A stretch of 64,000 nucleotides of DNA, taken from Tubiluchus corallicola. Taxonomy: Eukaryota > Animalia > Priapulida. Below the pieces are notes generated by a model. It saw only the letters and a program-made list of their open reading frames with translations, searched no databases and had not been told where the DNA came from. The stretch is taken from assembly GCA_030141605.1 (NCBI GenBank), contig JAQGDQ010000076.1, forward strand, positions 496,001 to 560,000, written 5' to 3'. Shown here piece after piece: positions 39,239-55,090 of the stretch. The position numbers were made by a program, and so were the translations under genes. Each line of letters begins with the position of its first letter. The first letter of the stretch is position 1.

Positions 39239-42200
39239 GCCAAACATTATCGTGCTTATATATTCAATCTTCACAAATGACCTAAAGCTCTTTTAGTTTT
39301 TCTGCTGTTGAGTATAGTCATGTAAACTAAACATTTTTATTTATTATTTTACTAGTAGGTTTAGGCGTTTCTGGTATAAATTTGTGTTTGTTTTATTTTC
39401 TTTGTTTTTAACGCTACGTTTCATAACTTTAAATTAACAAATTAAATAATTTAATAAATAATAAATCATTGACGTTATGGCTTTTACGCGTACTGTCTGA
39501 TCAAGTATACACTATATGTATGCACGTAAGTCACTGAGAAAGAAACATATTATTTTTCATCATCAGTAGCTCATCATTGTCATTGTCATCATCACTATCA
39601 TCATCGTCATCGTCATCATCGCCATTGTCGTCGTTATCATTATCACGTAATCACGATCATCCTTGCCATTTATATCATCATCTTTGTGACTATTATCGCC
39701 ACTACTATCGCCGTATCGCCTCTATTAGGCCTACAAGTGCCAAGGAAGCTCATTCTTTTAATCACCGCTTTACTTTATAGTAGTACAATGGTTAGTTATT
39801 TGTTTAAATAATTGGGTAATATTACTAGCTAATCAGTATAATTAAGTTAAATTAGATAGAATCAGGTAGTCTTGATAACGGGTTACACCTTGTAATTAAT
39901 GAATGTGGTTTGTCCTGATCTTAATTCCTTATAATCACTGCTGGTGTTTTCTTATGATTGAATGCTAATTTTCCCCGTTCTAACGTATACAACTATATAA
40001 TTATACAGCTATAAATTAAAAAAAGTCATTTTCTTTCACGATTATCCTTAAAAAACGCCAATCATAACCGTGCTATTTTCCAAATCTAGGTTATAAAACT
40101 GGGTCAACAATCAATACACCCTGTAGCAGGCAAGTAGTAAATCTATCAACCGCCAGACTCGGTTTCTCCACATAAACAGCATCGTCTCTTTTTGTAAATT
40201 TGAAGATCCAGGTTGGAGCCCTGGGGGATGGAATCGTTAAACTTAAGACGCTATATAAGGCTATGATATTTTTCTAGAATGATTTGGCTGTTTCTTTAGT
40301 TTTCCACTATTTTTATTTTGAAAAAATCTTTTTCTTGAGCACATTTACGCACATGATAAGTGTATACCTGTGTGATTAAATACTATCATTAGTAAGTAAG
40401 TGGAAATAGAATGTGCTTTAGTCCGATAGTAAATTAAGTGAACTTATTCTCAGCAGCTCTCGTCTTATATCAGGCACATTTATTATGATACATTCATGGT
40501 AAGGAGTCAAAACTTGTCTCCTATGAATATATTGTTAACTTAAAATGTTTAGAAAGTCAGTGTCACTTTTACTTCTGTTGATTAATACACGTTGTTGACT
40601 TATTGCGAGCTAATTTATTTGGTGCACGGTAAAAATGGCAGAAGTAAAATAGTACAGGAAGAAAGGGCAAAATGGAAAACAGGAAAAAACATCACCCTTA
40701 ATAAAATGTGAGTTAGAATTAGGGTTAGGGTTACTCTCTGTTAGCAGAATTATACAAAAGCTACTTAAATGATTTCACGAAACTTTTATGAGAGCCACCC
40801 CATGTGTACAAGAAAGAACCTACTGAATTTCGGTGCACGTTAGGGGTACGGGGGGGGGGATGGTTGAAAAAGCACCAAAATGGGCATTTTTCGCCAGTTT
40901 TTCGCAAAACTTAACGAGCCCATGTGTACAAAAATTTCCAGTGGTCCTTTGTGAGGACCTTAGATGGAGTTTTGTAGAAAAAGGAGGAGCTTTGCTGCAA
41001 GATATGGTAGTTCTTTTTATAAATACTTGTACCACGATGAACAGCCCCAGATTCCATTTCGAGCAACTCTCCAGAAAACTGTATAACCAATAACTACATG
41101 ATGGCGTAAAATAAATTATACATTATATTTGCATCATCCAGTTTTTCTACCATATAACTTATACCTATTTTGAAACATCAGTTATAACACTTGTCGACAT
41201 CGAGCTGAATATTAAAAATCAGAGGACAAAACGACTTCTTCAAGCATTCTGTAGCATATATGGCACTTTGCACAACGACGGATAAACAAGGCAGCATAGG
41301 ACCAGGCGGTGGTAATGATACCATAGAGAAAAATAGCAGGTTTCTTGAAACATCGAAGCGTTACTAACAGATTCTTAGACAATAAATGCAGTGTAATCAT
41401 CGCGAATCATTGCACGTGCACTCCAGGAATTTATTTAGCTTTCTCGCATACAAAGCAAATAGACGTATTAAGTGACCATAATAAAATCGTCTCTAACAGG
41501 CTGTACGCCATGATGGATGAGCATAGCAGTTAAAATGCTTCGATTGTTTACGTAATCCGAGCCAGTTATGGTTTCTTTCCTGACTTGAATGAGCTTAGAG
41601 CGGTGATAGTTGCTAGTTCGAGCAACCATCTAGTCGATACCAGGAAAACGTGTCAGCTTTTGTATCTCTAAAGTCATTATTATTTATTGAGGAACCGTTC
41701 TTGCAGTTGCCCTTCCTCTTAGAGGAAGATGGTTTGGAGCCATGCATATAATTACTCACTAGGTCGTAAGCGTGCCATCATCACCACCATCACCATCATC
41801 ATCGTCATCATCATCATCGTCATCATGACTATCTTTGCCATAATCATGACAGTCAACAGCACCATCGTAGCTTTTAATGTTACAGCAATTATGATAGCTA
41901 AACACATCCACAGCGCCTAAAAAGGAAGATGCGAAACGAAGGAGAAAAAAGGCAAGGAAAGAAAGTAAAAGGGAGGACAAAGGAGTGGCATGGAACATCA
42001 GAGTGAAACAAAGCATTAGGGAGGAGAAGCCCCGAGAAAGGAAGAAAAGACAGAAGCAGCGAATTAAAGGAAAAGGAAAAGGAAACATGAGTAAACAGAT
42101 GAACAAATAGGGAAATAAATTACATTCAGACAAACAAATTGATGGACGGATGAACTAATAAACGAACGAGTAATGTCATAAATATTTATAACGCTTAATT

Positions 42201-42620
42201 TACGCGCTTACAATGACTTTTTGTATAGTTCGGTATTCTGCTAGCCAACGCCCATTCCGCATTCAGCGACAGGTCTTACTTAGTGTAGACGGTTGTTTGG
42301 CACTGGAAATTTGTCTCAACATTAATGATAATCTCCTAAGATGATCACATAACCGACAAAGATGTCTTCGCCGCACTGTTCTCCCTAATTTATCTCTACG
42401 AGAGAAATCAGAAGCAGTATACAGACAAAGCAGTTTTCGCGCATCCATTTAAGTTTACATCCAAGTATACACTTTGACTGTTTAGGTACTCACGTTACTC
42501 AGTTACTCACATTACTCAGCTATTTCCGTTACTCCAGATGCTCTTCTGTTATTTCCATTCATATGTTTCAAATACACTTAATGTATAATACAGAAAAATT
42601 AATCTAGATAATAGCCAATT

Positions 42621-42917
<297 letters not shown>

Positions 42918-44891
42918 ATCTTTTATTCGTATAAAATTTATACAGCAGCGAGTCTTAGTATAAATAATAAATAATAGCACCATAACTATATGCAGCCAAT
43001 AGTCGTTTCGTTTGCAAGAACATTTTACACCAAATCCGAAATGTTACAGACGCGGTTCTTTATCAAAGTAACAATAGTGCCAAGAAAGGATAACTACGAA
43101 TAGAATGTACATTATGTAATTGTATTATTTTCCTTTTGATACAGACGGTACTACTTAACGACAAGCCAAGCTTGTAACATTTCATATTTTATTTTATAAT
43201 TGAATAAAAATTAAAAATGGTATTCGTTGGAAATAATCGTGTCTAAGTGCGAGAACAATATCTCGAAAAACAGATTTTCAGGCTTCAGCGCAATATTCAA
43301 GATAAATGCCGCTACATTGTCATATCACTCTGTAAAGCTGACACAAATAAGCAATTACACTCATAATATCTTTTATGCGCTCATGACTATCAATGACTAA
43401 GGTACACAATAGTGTTGTCACTTCAAAGCAATTTAATCCAAGTTTTGTGACCACCTTGAATGTTTTTAGTGCACTATTGATACCCTGACCCGCGAAAAAG
43501 AAATACATATGTTTGATTACAGAAATGTAATTGTAGTTGCCATCTTAGATAAGGCACACTAATTTGAGCAGGTTTCAACACAGCAGCAGACTTGCCCAAC
43601 CTTAAAAACATCATGTATAACCAATTATTTGGGCAACTTTTATCGCATTGCTAATGGAAATGCAGCGTTTATCTGTCAATATGAGGATTGTAGAATATTA
43701 CGTGAAATACTGTTTTTTTCTTATCAAGCTACACTTTGTTTCGTTAAAAACAGGGTGTGGATCCTCCCCCGTTTCGTAGTTTCCATGCCTACGCTCATTT
43801 TGCTTTGTTGCATTAGTAGGCGTATAAAATGGTAAGAAAAAATACAAGCCTCACTGTATTTGGTTACTGTCTATGCTTTGCGGCTACATTATACTAACCA
43901 GAGATATTAGTTTTCTCACAAAGATGAAAGTCGCTGTCATCACAAGTAATTTGTTATTGTTTGCTATTATAAAAGCAACGACCCGTGATCCAGCCCCACA
44001 TAGGACATTTGACAGCAGTTGTGGAAATGCACAGGTAGGTTTGCACTGTTTTTCCTTCAGTATTATAAAATGAGACTAATTGAATTAACCTTGTAGAGTT
44101 AGTGATTTACTATTTCTTATACAAAGATGATTTTACTATGAATGATTTTACAACTGAACAATCAATTGGTTTTAAAAAAATCTTAATAAGTTGATATATC
44201 GGCAGGTTGACAGGTGTTTAAGAGAAAAAACTGAAGAAATATGTGTTATAATGTGAGTTATAATGACTGAAGTGAGTCATTATAACTCACTGCGCTGTTA
44301 ACATTTTTTATATTTTTTAACAAACAATGCAAAAACAAAATGTTTGAAAATAGGCACAAAAGAACTAAAGTTTTGAGAATTCTTTTAATTAAATTAGTTA
44401 AAAATTAGAGAGAGAGAGCTACTACTGTGCTGGTTATTTTTATAATAATTATATACGGCATTTTTAAAACATTTCAACTAATGATTGACACATGAATTTA
44501 TCAGTAGTCAAATTAAATTTTTACGCAACAATCTCTGTTTATTATGTAAAGGCCATGAAAGGTCTTGGTCGTGTTTGCGTGAACTTTTCTCTCGGCTCAG
44601 TAAAACAGCAAAAGGACAAAAGAATTCTCAAACACTGCTTTTATTCCTGCCAGAGCTTGCCAAAATTGGAGAAAATTCGTAAAGAAAAATAAACGGGAGT
44701 AACAATCAGAAAGATAACAAATTTTATTCCAAATTTAAATTGTTTGCGGGTACAGCGAAAAAAAACGTACGAGACAAAAAAGTGAGATGATATTAATCAC
44801 TGTCTAGTTTGCGTAATTGTTTAAAGGAAATGACACAAGCTTGCTGATTTTTAAAGATTTAAAAGCTTGCTTATTCCACAGTGATTATTCC

Positions 44892-45006
44892 AAAAAGCCC
44901 ACAGCACCTGGTATTCCCAGGCCGGAATCCACCCAAGTACTAACAAAGCGCTGCGTTGCTGTGATCAAACGAGAATTGGTGTTTTCAGCGTGATATAGCC
45001 GTAGAC
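44892..45006 (-). pseudogene. Dispersed 5S rRNA pseudogene (near full length, internal deletion)
   Basis: Reverse complement reads GTCTACGGCTATATCACGCTGAAAACACCAATTCTCGTTTGATCAC-AGCAACG...GTTAGTACTTGGGTGGA...GCCTGGGAATACCAGGTGCTGTGGGCTTTTT. This is colinear with metazoan 5S rRNA but lacks about 8 nt around box A; it ends in an oligo-T terminator. Confidence 0.9.
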
Positions 45007-45099
45007 AACCTTTGTCTCAACATCCTTTGGCAAGTGAATAAAAATTGTCCTTCTTTCGTGGTCTATTGTCCAAGGAAATTGGCTACAGAATATTTTGCA

Positions 45100-45720
45100 T
45101 GGAACCGGTTAAATTGCGTAAAGATAGTGGCAATAGCTGTTCGAATTAACTAGAAAGTTCAAATTCGCAGTTATTACCATTTCTTTAAACAATGTTCTTG
45201 CTCGTAAATTCCAGCCAGTGGCTTTCAGGTCCAGCTATTGAGAAAGACAAGTAAAATTCAAGCAAAGCAAGGTGAGGCTTTTCATATTTTTATTTGACAG
45301 TTGCTTCATAGTTCTGGTCAGTGTCATCTGGATTTCTGTTCTATATTATTAGGAAATTTTAACATCTTTTTCCGGCAAGTAATTGCTCCCTACAAAAACT
45401 TTAAAGCAAATGTATTTCATTGTGAAGCCACAAATTTTAATCAGTTAACCGTATTTTGCCATCAAATTAATCTGCCTATAAAGTGTGCAATGCAGGTTAC
45501 AAGCAACAAACCATAATAACTGCAAGGCAAATAAGTCATCTAAAGAAATTCCACTAAGTGCTTTTTGATAACAGTCTGAGTTGATTTTGCAAACTGTATT
45601 GAGGATATTAGACTGGATTGTTAATCTACTACGTTTCCTAATTTTTCTTTAGTTCACCAAGCTCTCAACAGATGCAGACACCAACTACTGGCAGCTTAGA
45701 CGGGTTAACGCAACTGAGTA
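45100..45720 (-). mobile_element. Possible highly decayed Tc1/mariner transposase remnant
   Basis: Weak minus-strand matches only: KINSDCYQKAL (Tc1 'MNS..Y..IL'-like) and a downstream SPDLNP-like remnant, with many stops. Confidence 0.25.
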
Positions 45721-48054
45721 TTTATCTATCTTTTTCGAACTACTCTTATATCCTTTCAAAAAGTAACCGCGATATAATGGTAAAAAACGCTGTTCTAGGC
45801 GTTAAATTAAACTATGTCGACTGTACAACATTTTGGTTAGGCAAAAATGAAAATAACCTACAGCTCATGCATTACAAGCAGAGCATACCAAAATTTCCCT
45901 CTCGCTTCCCTCTATTTCTTTCTCCTCTCTCTCTCTCTCCCCTCTCTCTTTCATGCTTAAATTAAATCCGTTTGTTTTTTAACTTACGTAAATGCGAGTT
46001 ATAGCGTGACAACTTTCCTCTTTTACGTGTTGGGATCAGCGCATATGGTAAGAGAAAGCAAGAGTTTTCCCTCCGCTAAAAAGGAAATCCTTGTAACGGC
46101 AAAAGCGTAAGAAAGCAAAGTGGAGGAGGCGATCTTGTATCTGTGAAGTTGCGTCTGCTATACAACTTCACCACATCATATGATTCACTAACTTTGAAAT
46201 ATCTGCCATTTTTTCACAGTAACTTTATTATGCAGACTATTATAGAATCATTCACCTTCAAGTAATCATTTGACAATAGTCTACAAATTTTAAAGAAGGA
46301 CGGGATGGCGAAAGACCAAATGGTCATCTAGTCTACATCCCTGAATAGTGATTATAATTGCTGCATGGGAAGCAAACACATTATAGTAACAAAAGATAAA
46401 AAAATAAGTAGAAAATAAATTAAAATTAAATTGACGGCAAGTAGTTATATAAACTACGCTAATTTAAACAAAGCAAAAGTGCAAAATAAAATTAATAAAG
46501 CAGAATTTTGTCACAGGTATTTCTAATGAGGCAAATATATTGTCTACATTACAAAATCTTGCTTGATACACAGCCTTTCATACTCAGCATCTCACCTTAA
46601 AAGTTTTTTTTAGTTTTTTGCTTTTCTTTGAATAGCTAATTTCGCAATGCTTTTGAAATTGTCGGTCGACGAGAGAATGCCAAGTGTCTCTCCATGGCAA
46701 TAGCTCATCCAGACATGACATAATGAAGTTGAACCCTGGATGGTTTCCCCAACACGCGATATTTTGCATATTGGATTTTTTCTCTCGTGTTGGAGCTGCT
46801 TGTGCTGCTAGGCGTACATAATTCAGTAATCTCTACTTCAGCAATTACCTTCAGCAATATGCATGATCTTTGACTATTTTGCAGATGTTCTGTGGATTTT
46901 TTGTGTTTTACGCTGAAGTTCTATTCCTAAGCTAATAATAGAAATCTGACTACGGCACTACACTCCAGATTTCGTCTACGCTGTAGTTACTGTTATAAAG
47001 GACTTAGCATTCAGTACAGCATGAAAAATGTAAAAGCAACGTCAAATTTTCCTGTTCTTGATCGGAAACCAGGCAATTATGTGAAGATTGTCGTGTAGTA
47101 TAGACTATCGAGTAAATCAGATAGGCATTTTATGATTTACTAATTCATAGGATACTTACTTTGTCTAATACGTCGAGGCGGTGCGGGTGATGGAGATAAC
47201 TTTTTTTGGGACAGCTGATCCGTGCTGACAAATAGGCTTTGCAAAGAGGACGACAACTATAAACGATCCTTTAAGAAAGTGTATATTTCAAAATGGTACA
47301 GCTTCTACAAATAAAAATGCAAAATTCCTTACACGTTTTAAACGAAAGACAAAATAAATTATGCTCAAACAAATCTAAATCTGAGAACTTTAAAGGAAAG
47401 GCCAAGTCTTCCGGGAAGCTTATTTCAATGTTCGTGAAAAATGTTATAAGGATTTAGTAATAAAAGTGTGATAAGCGCTTCCTGTAATTAGCAAAGTCAC
47501 TTAAAAGTCGAGATCATTTCATGCTTGGGCGCTCAAATTTTGAATGTCCATTCTTCCTCCAATGACATCATTCGTCGACTGAAGTAAAGCGCTCTGTCAA
47601 TTTCGACCAAAAGTATAAGTATTTACAAAAATTTAGATAGCTCATTGTAGAAGTTGTAGATAAGTTGTAGAAGTTTTATTTGGTTCAAGCAGTGAGCACT
47701 TACGGAAAGCCACAATGCGCTTACAAAAAGTTACGAACTCCACCATTTGCGTCATGATTTGCAACTGAACGGAGGCTATCACAGCATAAATTAACTTTAT
47801 GCTTTAAAGACAGTTTTATCTGCGAATCCATGGAAATCCCAGAGTTAGATGAGAGAGACAAACAAGTAAAATAAAGTAAAACACTTTTATGAAATTTTGG
47901 CTCTAATGTTAATGACAAAAATCATCACATCATCACAAAATTTACATTTCCGTCAACCAACTGGAAAAAATCGTGACTAACCTTCATTTTACAGCACAGT
48001 TTGCAAATTCTTGGCGAAAATGAATAGACGAATGAAAAACTGATTACATTCCAT

Positions 48055-48145
48055 ACAAATATGACAGTGGCACAGTGGATTTGAACTTGAAACCTCTGGC
48101 TTAGTAGTCCATCGCAATGCCATACCAACAAAACACTTTCAAACA
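48055..48145 (-). mobile_element. Possible tRNA-derived SINE head
   Basis: The minus strand reads GGACTACTAAGCCAGAGGTTTCAAGTTCAAATCC, a B-box-like motif after an anticodon-arm-like stretch. The A box is degenerate and there is no full cloverleaf. Confidence 0.35.
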
Positions 48146-48604
48146 TTACATAATAACAAATGTAATGTCGCAGATGTTAAAATAGGCATTACATACTGGA
48201 CAGATTTTATTTACGCAATTACATATTGGGCATTTTTGTATTACATAATGGGCACATATTACATAATCGGTGCTTATGCACGTGTGATTGTATTGATAGT
48301 GGCTACGGCTGGAACCAGAACAATATTATAATAAGTAAGTATTTCACGCAAGAATTTGTGAGTTAAATTAGGGATTAGCGCAGCCGCAGAAAAGAAAATG
48401 ACTGGCTCCGTAAGAACCCCTTCTTTCTGCTTCGAGAGTGAAATCGTCCATATTTGCGAAATAATTAGTGGCAACGGAAATCAAGGAAACCATACTAATG
48501 GTAATTAGTCCAGAGTTCATTTGCATTAATCTGGGTAATGCTCAGTAGTCTGTGCCAGATCTCGACAACGACAAAATGGTAGCATATGCATGTATTACAC
48601 GAAC

Positions 48605-48842
48605 AGTTACAATGATGAAAATGATAGTGACAATGATCATGGTGATAACAATGACGGCAATCATTATGACAGTAACGGTGACGACGACGAGGACAACAAC
48701 CACGACGACAACGACGACAATGATGATGATGACGATGATGATGGTGATGATGATGAAGAAGATGATGGCGGGGATGGTGATGATGACGATGACGACGATG
48801 ACGATGATGATGACGATGACAATCATGATAATGATGATGATT
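48605..48842. repeat. Degenerate (GAT)/(GAC) trinucleotide array
   Basis: Directly visible. Similar arrays lie at 23070-23170, 39557-39700, 41777-41850 and 50258-50500. Confidence 0.9.
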
Positions 48843-49819
48843 AGATTTGGCGATCGCTCACATGTTCCACTCGCGACATTTGTCTTATTTCAAAGTTGTC
48901 TTCTTTTCATCCCTATTAGTAGCCAACAGGTTAACAACCTTTTAGCGGAGATTCAATGTCACCAAATTAATTAAAGTTGACAAGTAACTGAAAAGCCTAA
49001 TGGCGTGGCTTAATTTGCATTGCCATCTTCTCAGATGCCTTATTAACAGAAGAACACGTGATCAATGTTCAATAATAGTGTATTTCAGTGATGTGACAGA
49101 AGTTGTACCATGGGTGGTGGGCTAAATAAATGTGTAAATAAATATGAAGGCTAAATAGGGAAGTAAACAGTCACAAGACCGAAAAGAATTAGTGAAAGAG
49201 AAAGAGAGAGAGAGAAAGAGAAATACAAATAGAAAGAGAGAGACAGCGAGAGAGAGAGGAGAGGAGAGGAGAGGAGAGGAGAGGAGAAAAAAGCAAAGAG
49301 AAAGAGAGGGCGACAGAAATGAATGACACCGGGAAGAAAGAGAAAGTAAGAGAGGGGCAAAGGAGACAGCGCAAGAAAAAGCACAAATAAAGATGCTCGG
49401 GAAGAAAAGGGCGAATTTCTGGCGCGTCTACAAACACCAGAATGTCATGTGGAACTAATTCATTATTAACGCTAAGAAAGTGTAATGCTACTCAGGTAAT
49501 TGTTTAAGTGTTCTCTTCTGTATTAGTTGTAATAATCTTTACATCAATCTGTTCCCGCGCATGCGCTGTAGGTTGGGTAGGTTTACCTAGTTAAAAACCT
49601 AGCTTCCCACATAATTACGAGCTGTGTTAGGAGGCTTCATTTTACCTACGCTAGTGCATGGTAATTGTTCGTTACAAGGTAAAAGTGTACTCTAAACAAG
49701 GGCAAGTAAGAGTTGTTAAATTGGCTGTTAGAAGTGCTGGTTGCATGCTAAGATTTTATAATTACGTGACTGCCGCAAGTGCCGTTCTGTGAGTTGTTTC
49801 TGGCTGTCAAAATATTAAA

Positions 49820-50191
49820 ATGATCGTGCTAAGAAGTGTCTCCTGGGTTATATTAGCCTTTATTCTAGGAAGTGCGTCTAGTGAGACGCTGACAATCGGG
49901 TACATAACCGGAAGTGAGAGAAAAACAGACGATTTTATGTACAGCCGACCAGGTAGAGCAATCAGTGGTGCCATCTCGTTAGCAGTTGATGAAATTAATG
50001 AGAATCAAGAACTTTTACCTACAGATACCCTCAAATTTGCAGTAGCTGAAACTTTCGGCGATTCGGCTGAGAGTCTAAAACAAACAGCCCAGCTATGGGA
50101 GAAAAACGTCTCAGCTGTCATCGGTCCACAAGAAACCTGCATTTGCGAAGCCAAACTAGCTGGAGCCTTGGACATCCCGATGATATCATAC
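49820..50191 (+). CDS. Receptor guanylate cyclase / ANF-receptor family (Gyc32E-like), exon 1: signal peptide and start of ectodomain
   Basis: Signal peptide MIVLRSVSWVILAFILGSASS; TIGYITGS...RPG.AISGAISLAVDEIN; VIGPQETC; DIPMISY. Donor GTAAGA at 50192 (phase 0). The subfamily is assigned from recalled motif similarity; the catalytic domains are outside the window. Confidence 0.9.
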
Positions 50192-53100
50192 GTAAGAAAA
50201 TTGTCATTATAAAATTTATGATTTCGTAATAAATATATGACCACGATAATGGCTGACAATGATGGTAGTAAAAGTGATAATAATCATGACTGAAAATGAT
50301 AACCGTAATGATGACGACGATGATAATGATGACGACGGTGACGATGATAATGATGGTAATGATGATGATGGTGGTGATGATAATGGTGGTGGTCGTGGCG
50401 TCGGCATTAGCGGCGATGGTGGTGGAAATGGCGGCAGCAGTAGTAGCTGTGGCATTAGAGACGGAGGCGGCATTAGTGATGGTGGCAGCAGTGATGTCGT
50501 GGTCGCTCACAATGTATTTGGTGTAAAAGTTTTTATTATAAATCGAATATTTGTGATTGATTGCGTTGGTTGTGAAATGAGAGCACAAAATATATACTAT
50601 TTTAAATACATATGTTCCTGATTCTGAACGTTCTTATGTTTGCGCTGTTGTCTATTTAGTAAATAAATAAAAACTGCTAAACTTAGACAGATTACTGACG
50701 AAAATGTGTATTGAAGATCCTAGTGGTGGTTGTATTTTTATGCACATAGCTTCACACACAAAAAATAATAATCATTTCATAAGAGTTTTCTTCCAAAGCT
50801 TTGCGAAAGCGTAATTGATATTGCATTGCCTTTTCATGTTGCCTATTTTCAAATTATTCATGAAGTTACATGATTGTGATCTTTAATATTTCTTTTTCAT
50901 TAACACTTAATAAAACAAAAAGTTATGCAATATTGGCTCTGTATTATAGACAGATGAGTTACAGTTGGGAAAATTGGGGTGTCATGTACAGAACCAACCA
51001 AAAGATGGCTGGTTCAATGTTTGATCTTAATCCTTCAATACATGGCGTAACAGATATGATACAAAAGACATTTTCCTTCCTAGTAATATGGTTTTAAGAA
51101 ATGAATGAAATTAATGCTGGTTGTAACAGATTTGCCACTATCTGCTGCCTATTTTGGTACCCAGTTTTGCCCGTAGGTGGCTTAAGTTGATTTTTATTAC
51201 AGTTTGAACGGCTCAAATGCAGATTCTGTCAACCAGTCCATATTTGACAACCGATATTATTTATGCAGAATGTTTTCGGAATTATAAAAAAACCAGTGTG
51301 TTGCAAATGTTATAAAAATTGTGTTACATGCTATGTGGGATACATATTTGGTTTAGTTTTTCTTGCACAGATCAATATGTTTCTGTATCATATATGTAAC
51401 AAAGTGTATATTTTCTATTTTTTGTTTTCATTCTTGTTTATGATACTAGGTATTATCAGTGGTAGTGTCACTAAAATATATAGAAATACGACGTCTTCAT
51501 GTTAGGCTACTTTGCCTATTGTTGGTGCTTATTTTCAGAAAATTTCACTGTTATCAGAACTGATATGAGCGACCCAGATTTTATGACAAACAAACGGCAA
51601 TTTGACAAAAAGTGTCCCCTGTAACTCACTCTACAATTTCAGATCAGAACAGTGGTGCAAGTATAAAGGTGGGAAAAACCAAAAAGTGGGTATTTTAGAC
51701 CAACCATATACACTTGCTCATGCATGTGATGTATACACATTGAGCATGCCAATGATATATCATAGTTGATACAAAAGAAATTTGTTTACATCCATGATGC
51801 AACATATATGTAACAAAATTTTTTTGAAATATCTGCTTCCAAAATTTTCGCACAAATTTTTCATTATGATTTCTGAAATCTACGTTAAAAATAGCACTAG
51901 TAAGCATTTTTTGGCATTTGTTTAAAAAATCACGCAGTGAAGGGTTAAAAGATTACCTCAGATAATTACTTAGATTTTGGTTCCGTTACAATACTTCAAA
52001 TTAAACAGTGAACCTTGGATTGAGTGGTGACTGGATGCCGGCTTACTGTGTGCCGAATTGTTCGGTACCCTGTGAAATCTGCACGTTAACTTTTCTAAAC
52101 TTCAAGCATGTTTAATCAGAGTGAGCACATTTCAAAATATCGCAATATGATTTTCCTGCAAAGTGGATCGACGGAACTTGATTTTGTAAAATGGGACTTT
52201 TAAATTGAACCGCGTTTACATTAATATGCTCAGCGTATTAGTTTACTCGAGGTGGCAATGTGACCAGGCTGACCGGAGCTAGCTGCTGGGAAGTACAGAG
52301 CGAACCAGGCAGACCAAGTTTTGTAACTTATTATTACAATATGTGAGAGGTCTAGATTAGTCACCTATGGACAGGGACCATCTGTGCACCAACTTATGTA
52401 ACTGTTTGAAAATATATATCTCAAATATATAATTTAAAAATTTTTGTCCAAATATATCCTGGGAGACATAAAAGTCACGTGACGAAGTTATTAAGTTAAA
52501 TTTTAGAAATTTGAAACAGTTAACAATTTGTTTTCTTTGTCAACAATACTTCGTGCAAGTCGCTTCTTTAGCTAGCGAAAACGAAAGTAGTTTTTGCAAC
52601 AAGAATGAATTTAACTGACAGGCGAAGCTGTCTATAGTAAAAACGACGCGGCATGTTTTTGTCCACGGGCCAGAGCGCGGATAATTAAAACTTGTAACCC
52701 GATTCTCTGGCAACCGCACAATATATAGTTTAATGCCGTATACCAGTTATTACTGCTATATTTGCGTTCAGTGAAATTGCAAAAATCAATGGTTGGATAT
52801 TGTCATTATCTTAATCTCTACTGCAACAACCGCAACTAACATTAACAAAATTTTAAATACAGGCTAAAACCGTAAAGCGTTAGTAAGACATTAACGCATT
52901 CATTGTCATGCAATCGAACAATAAAATTATAGTTTGAAACTTAGTACCGTTTCAACGAGATCTTAGCGTAAAACCGAGCGCATCTAAAAGGAAAACAGGA
53001 TGATTTTCCTGTACTCATCCCATTTTGAAGTATAGTCACAAAACATAAATCCTGTCATCTATAATAATGCCAAACCAAAATATTTCTGATAATTAAATAC

Positions 53101-53978
53101 TGGCTTGTAAGCTTAAAGGGGAAGAAAAGGCAATTTTAAAGTATGTCCCAAAACACCTTCCCCACAAAGTTATATTGTTCGGATTAGGCTTTTATATCTA
53201 ATTGAAAAATGAAAATGCTTAATAATTTAAAATTTTCGCGCCAACTAGTAAAATGTCACTGGATCACTTTCCTAGTATGCACCACTGACTCATTTCCAAA
53301 AACGTATTTTTAATCTTATTGACACGATACAGTAGTACAGTAATGCCGTGATTATTTTTTCAAATTTTACCTAATTTGTTTCAAACGAAATGGTTGCACC
53401 TAACGAACATCCCGGTTAAATTTTCAAGTTTCCTACAGCATTCAGCATTGCTTTTCATGCAAGTCCTGTATTTTGAAATTCAAAGTTTCCATTTAAAAAA
53501 AGAAGAAAAATGAATACTCCACAAATTCTGGAAAGCTTGGGCTTTTTGCCTCTTCCTTAAATTAATTCTCTCTAATTATACACTCGGTTATTATAAAATG
53601 TCGAGGTTAGATCACTCCGCCACGCAATAATCTTATTACAATTCTATTATAAGATTGAAACTTCAAAATTTTCGTCATTCATATGTGTTTATTAACCACG
53701 TTGCTACTTTTACGTCGTTGGAAAATTTTAAAATCTCTGCAAAAATCAGACAGTACTTTTCCTTGAAGAATGGTTTCTTCAGTGAGATGAGTCACAGCAA
53801 AGCACATTTTGGCATGGACCTCAAACAAAAATTTAAATAATTTGATTCTGGTTGAGTGTTTTCGATTATAGTGTCGCTTAGGTTTGTATAGGATATTGAA
53901 CCAATTGGAAACATTGTTTGAGTAATGTTTCGGCACATTGAGAAAAAGGTAAATCAATATGAAAACAACTTTCACTTT

Positions 53979-55090
<1,112 letters not shown>

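Noticed and set aside
41060-41400. Possible additional LINE remnant
   Set aside because: No clear RT motif could be read; too decayed to support.
48542-50621. Asp-rich, Met-rich and Gly-rich ORFs resembling biomineralisation proteins
   Set aside because: Degenerate trinucleotide arrays open in several frames on both strands, with no signal peptide or splice support; one lies inside cyclase intron 1.
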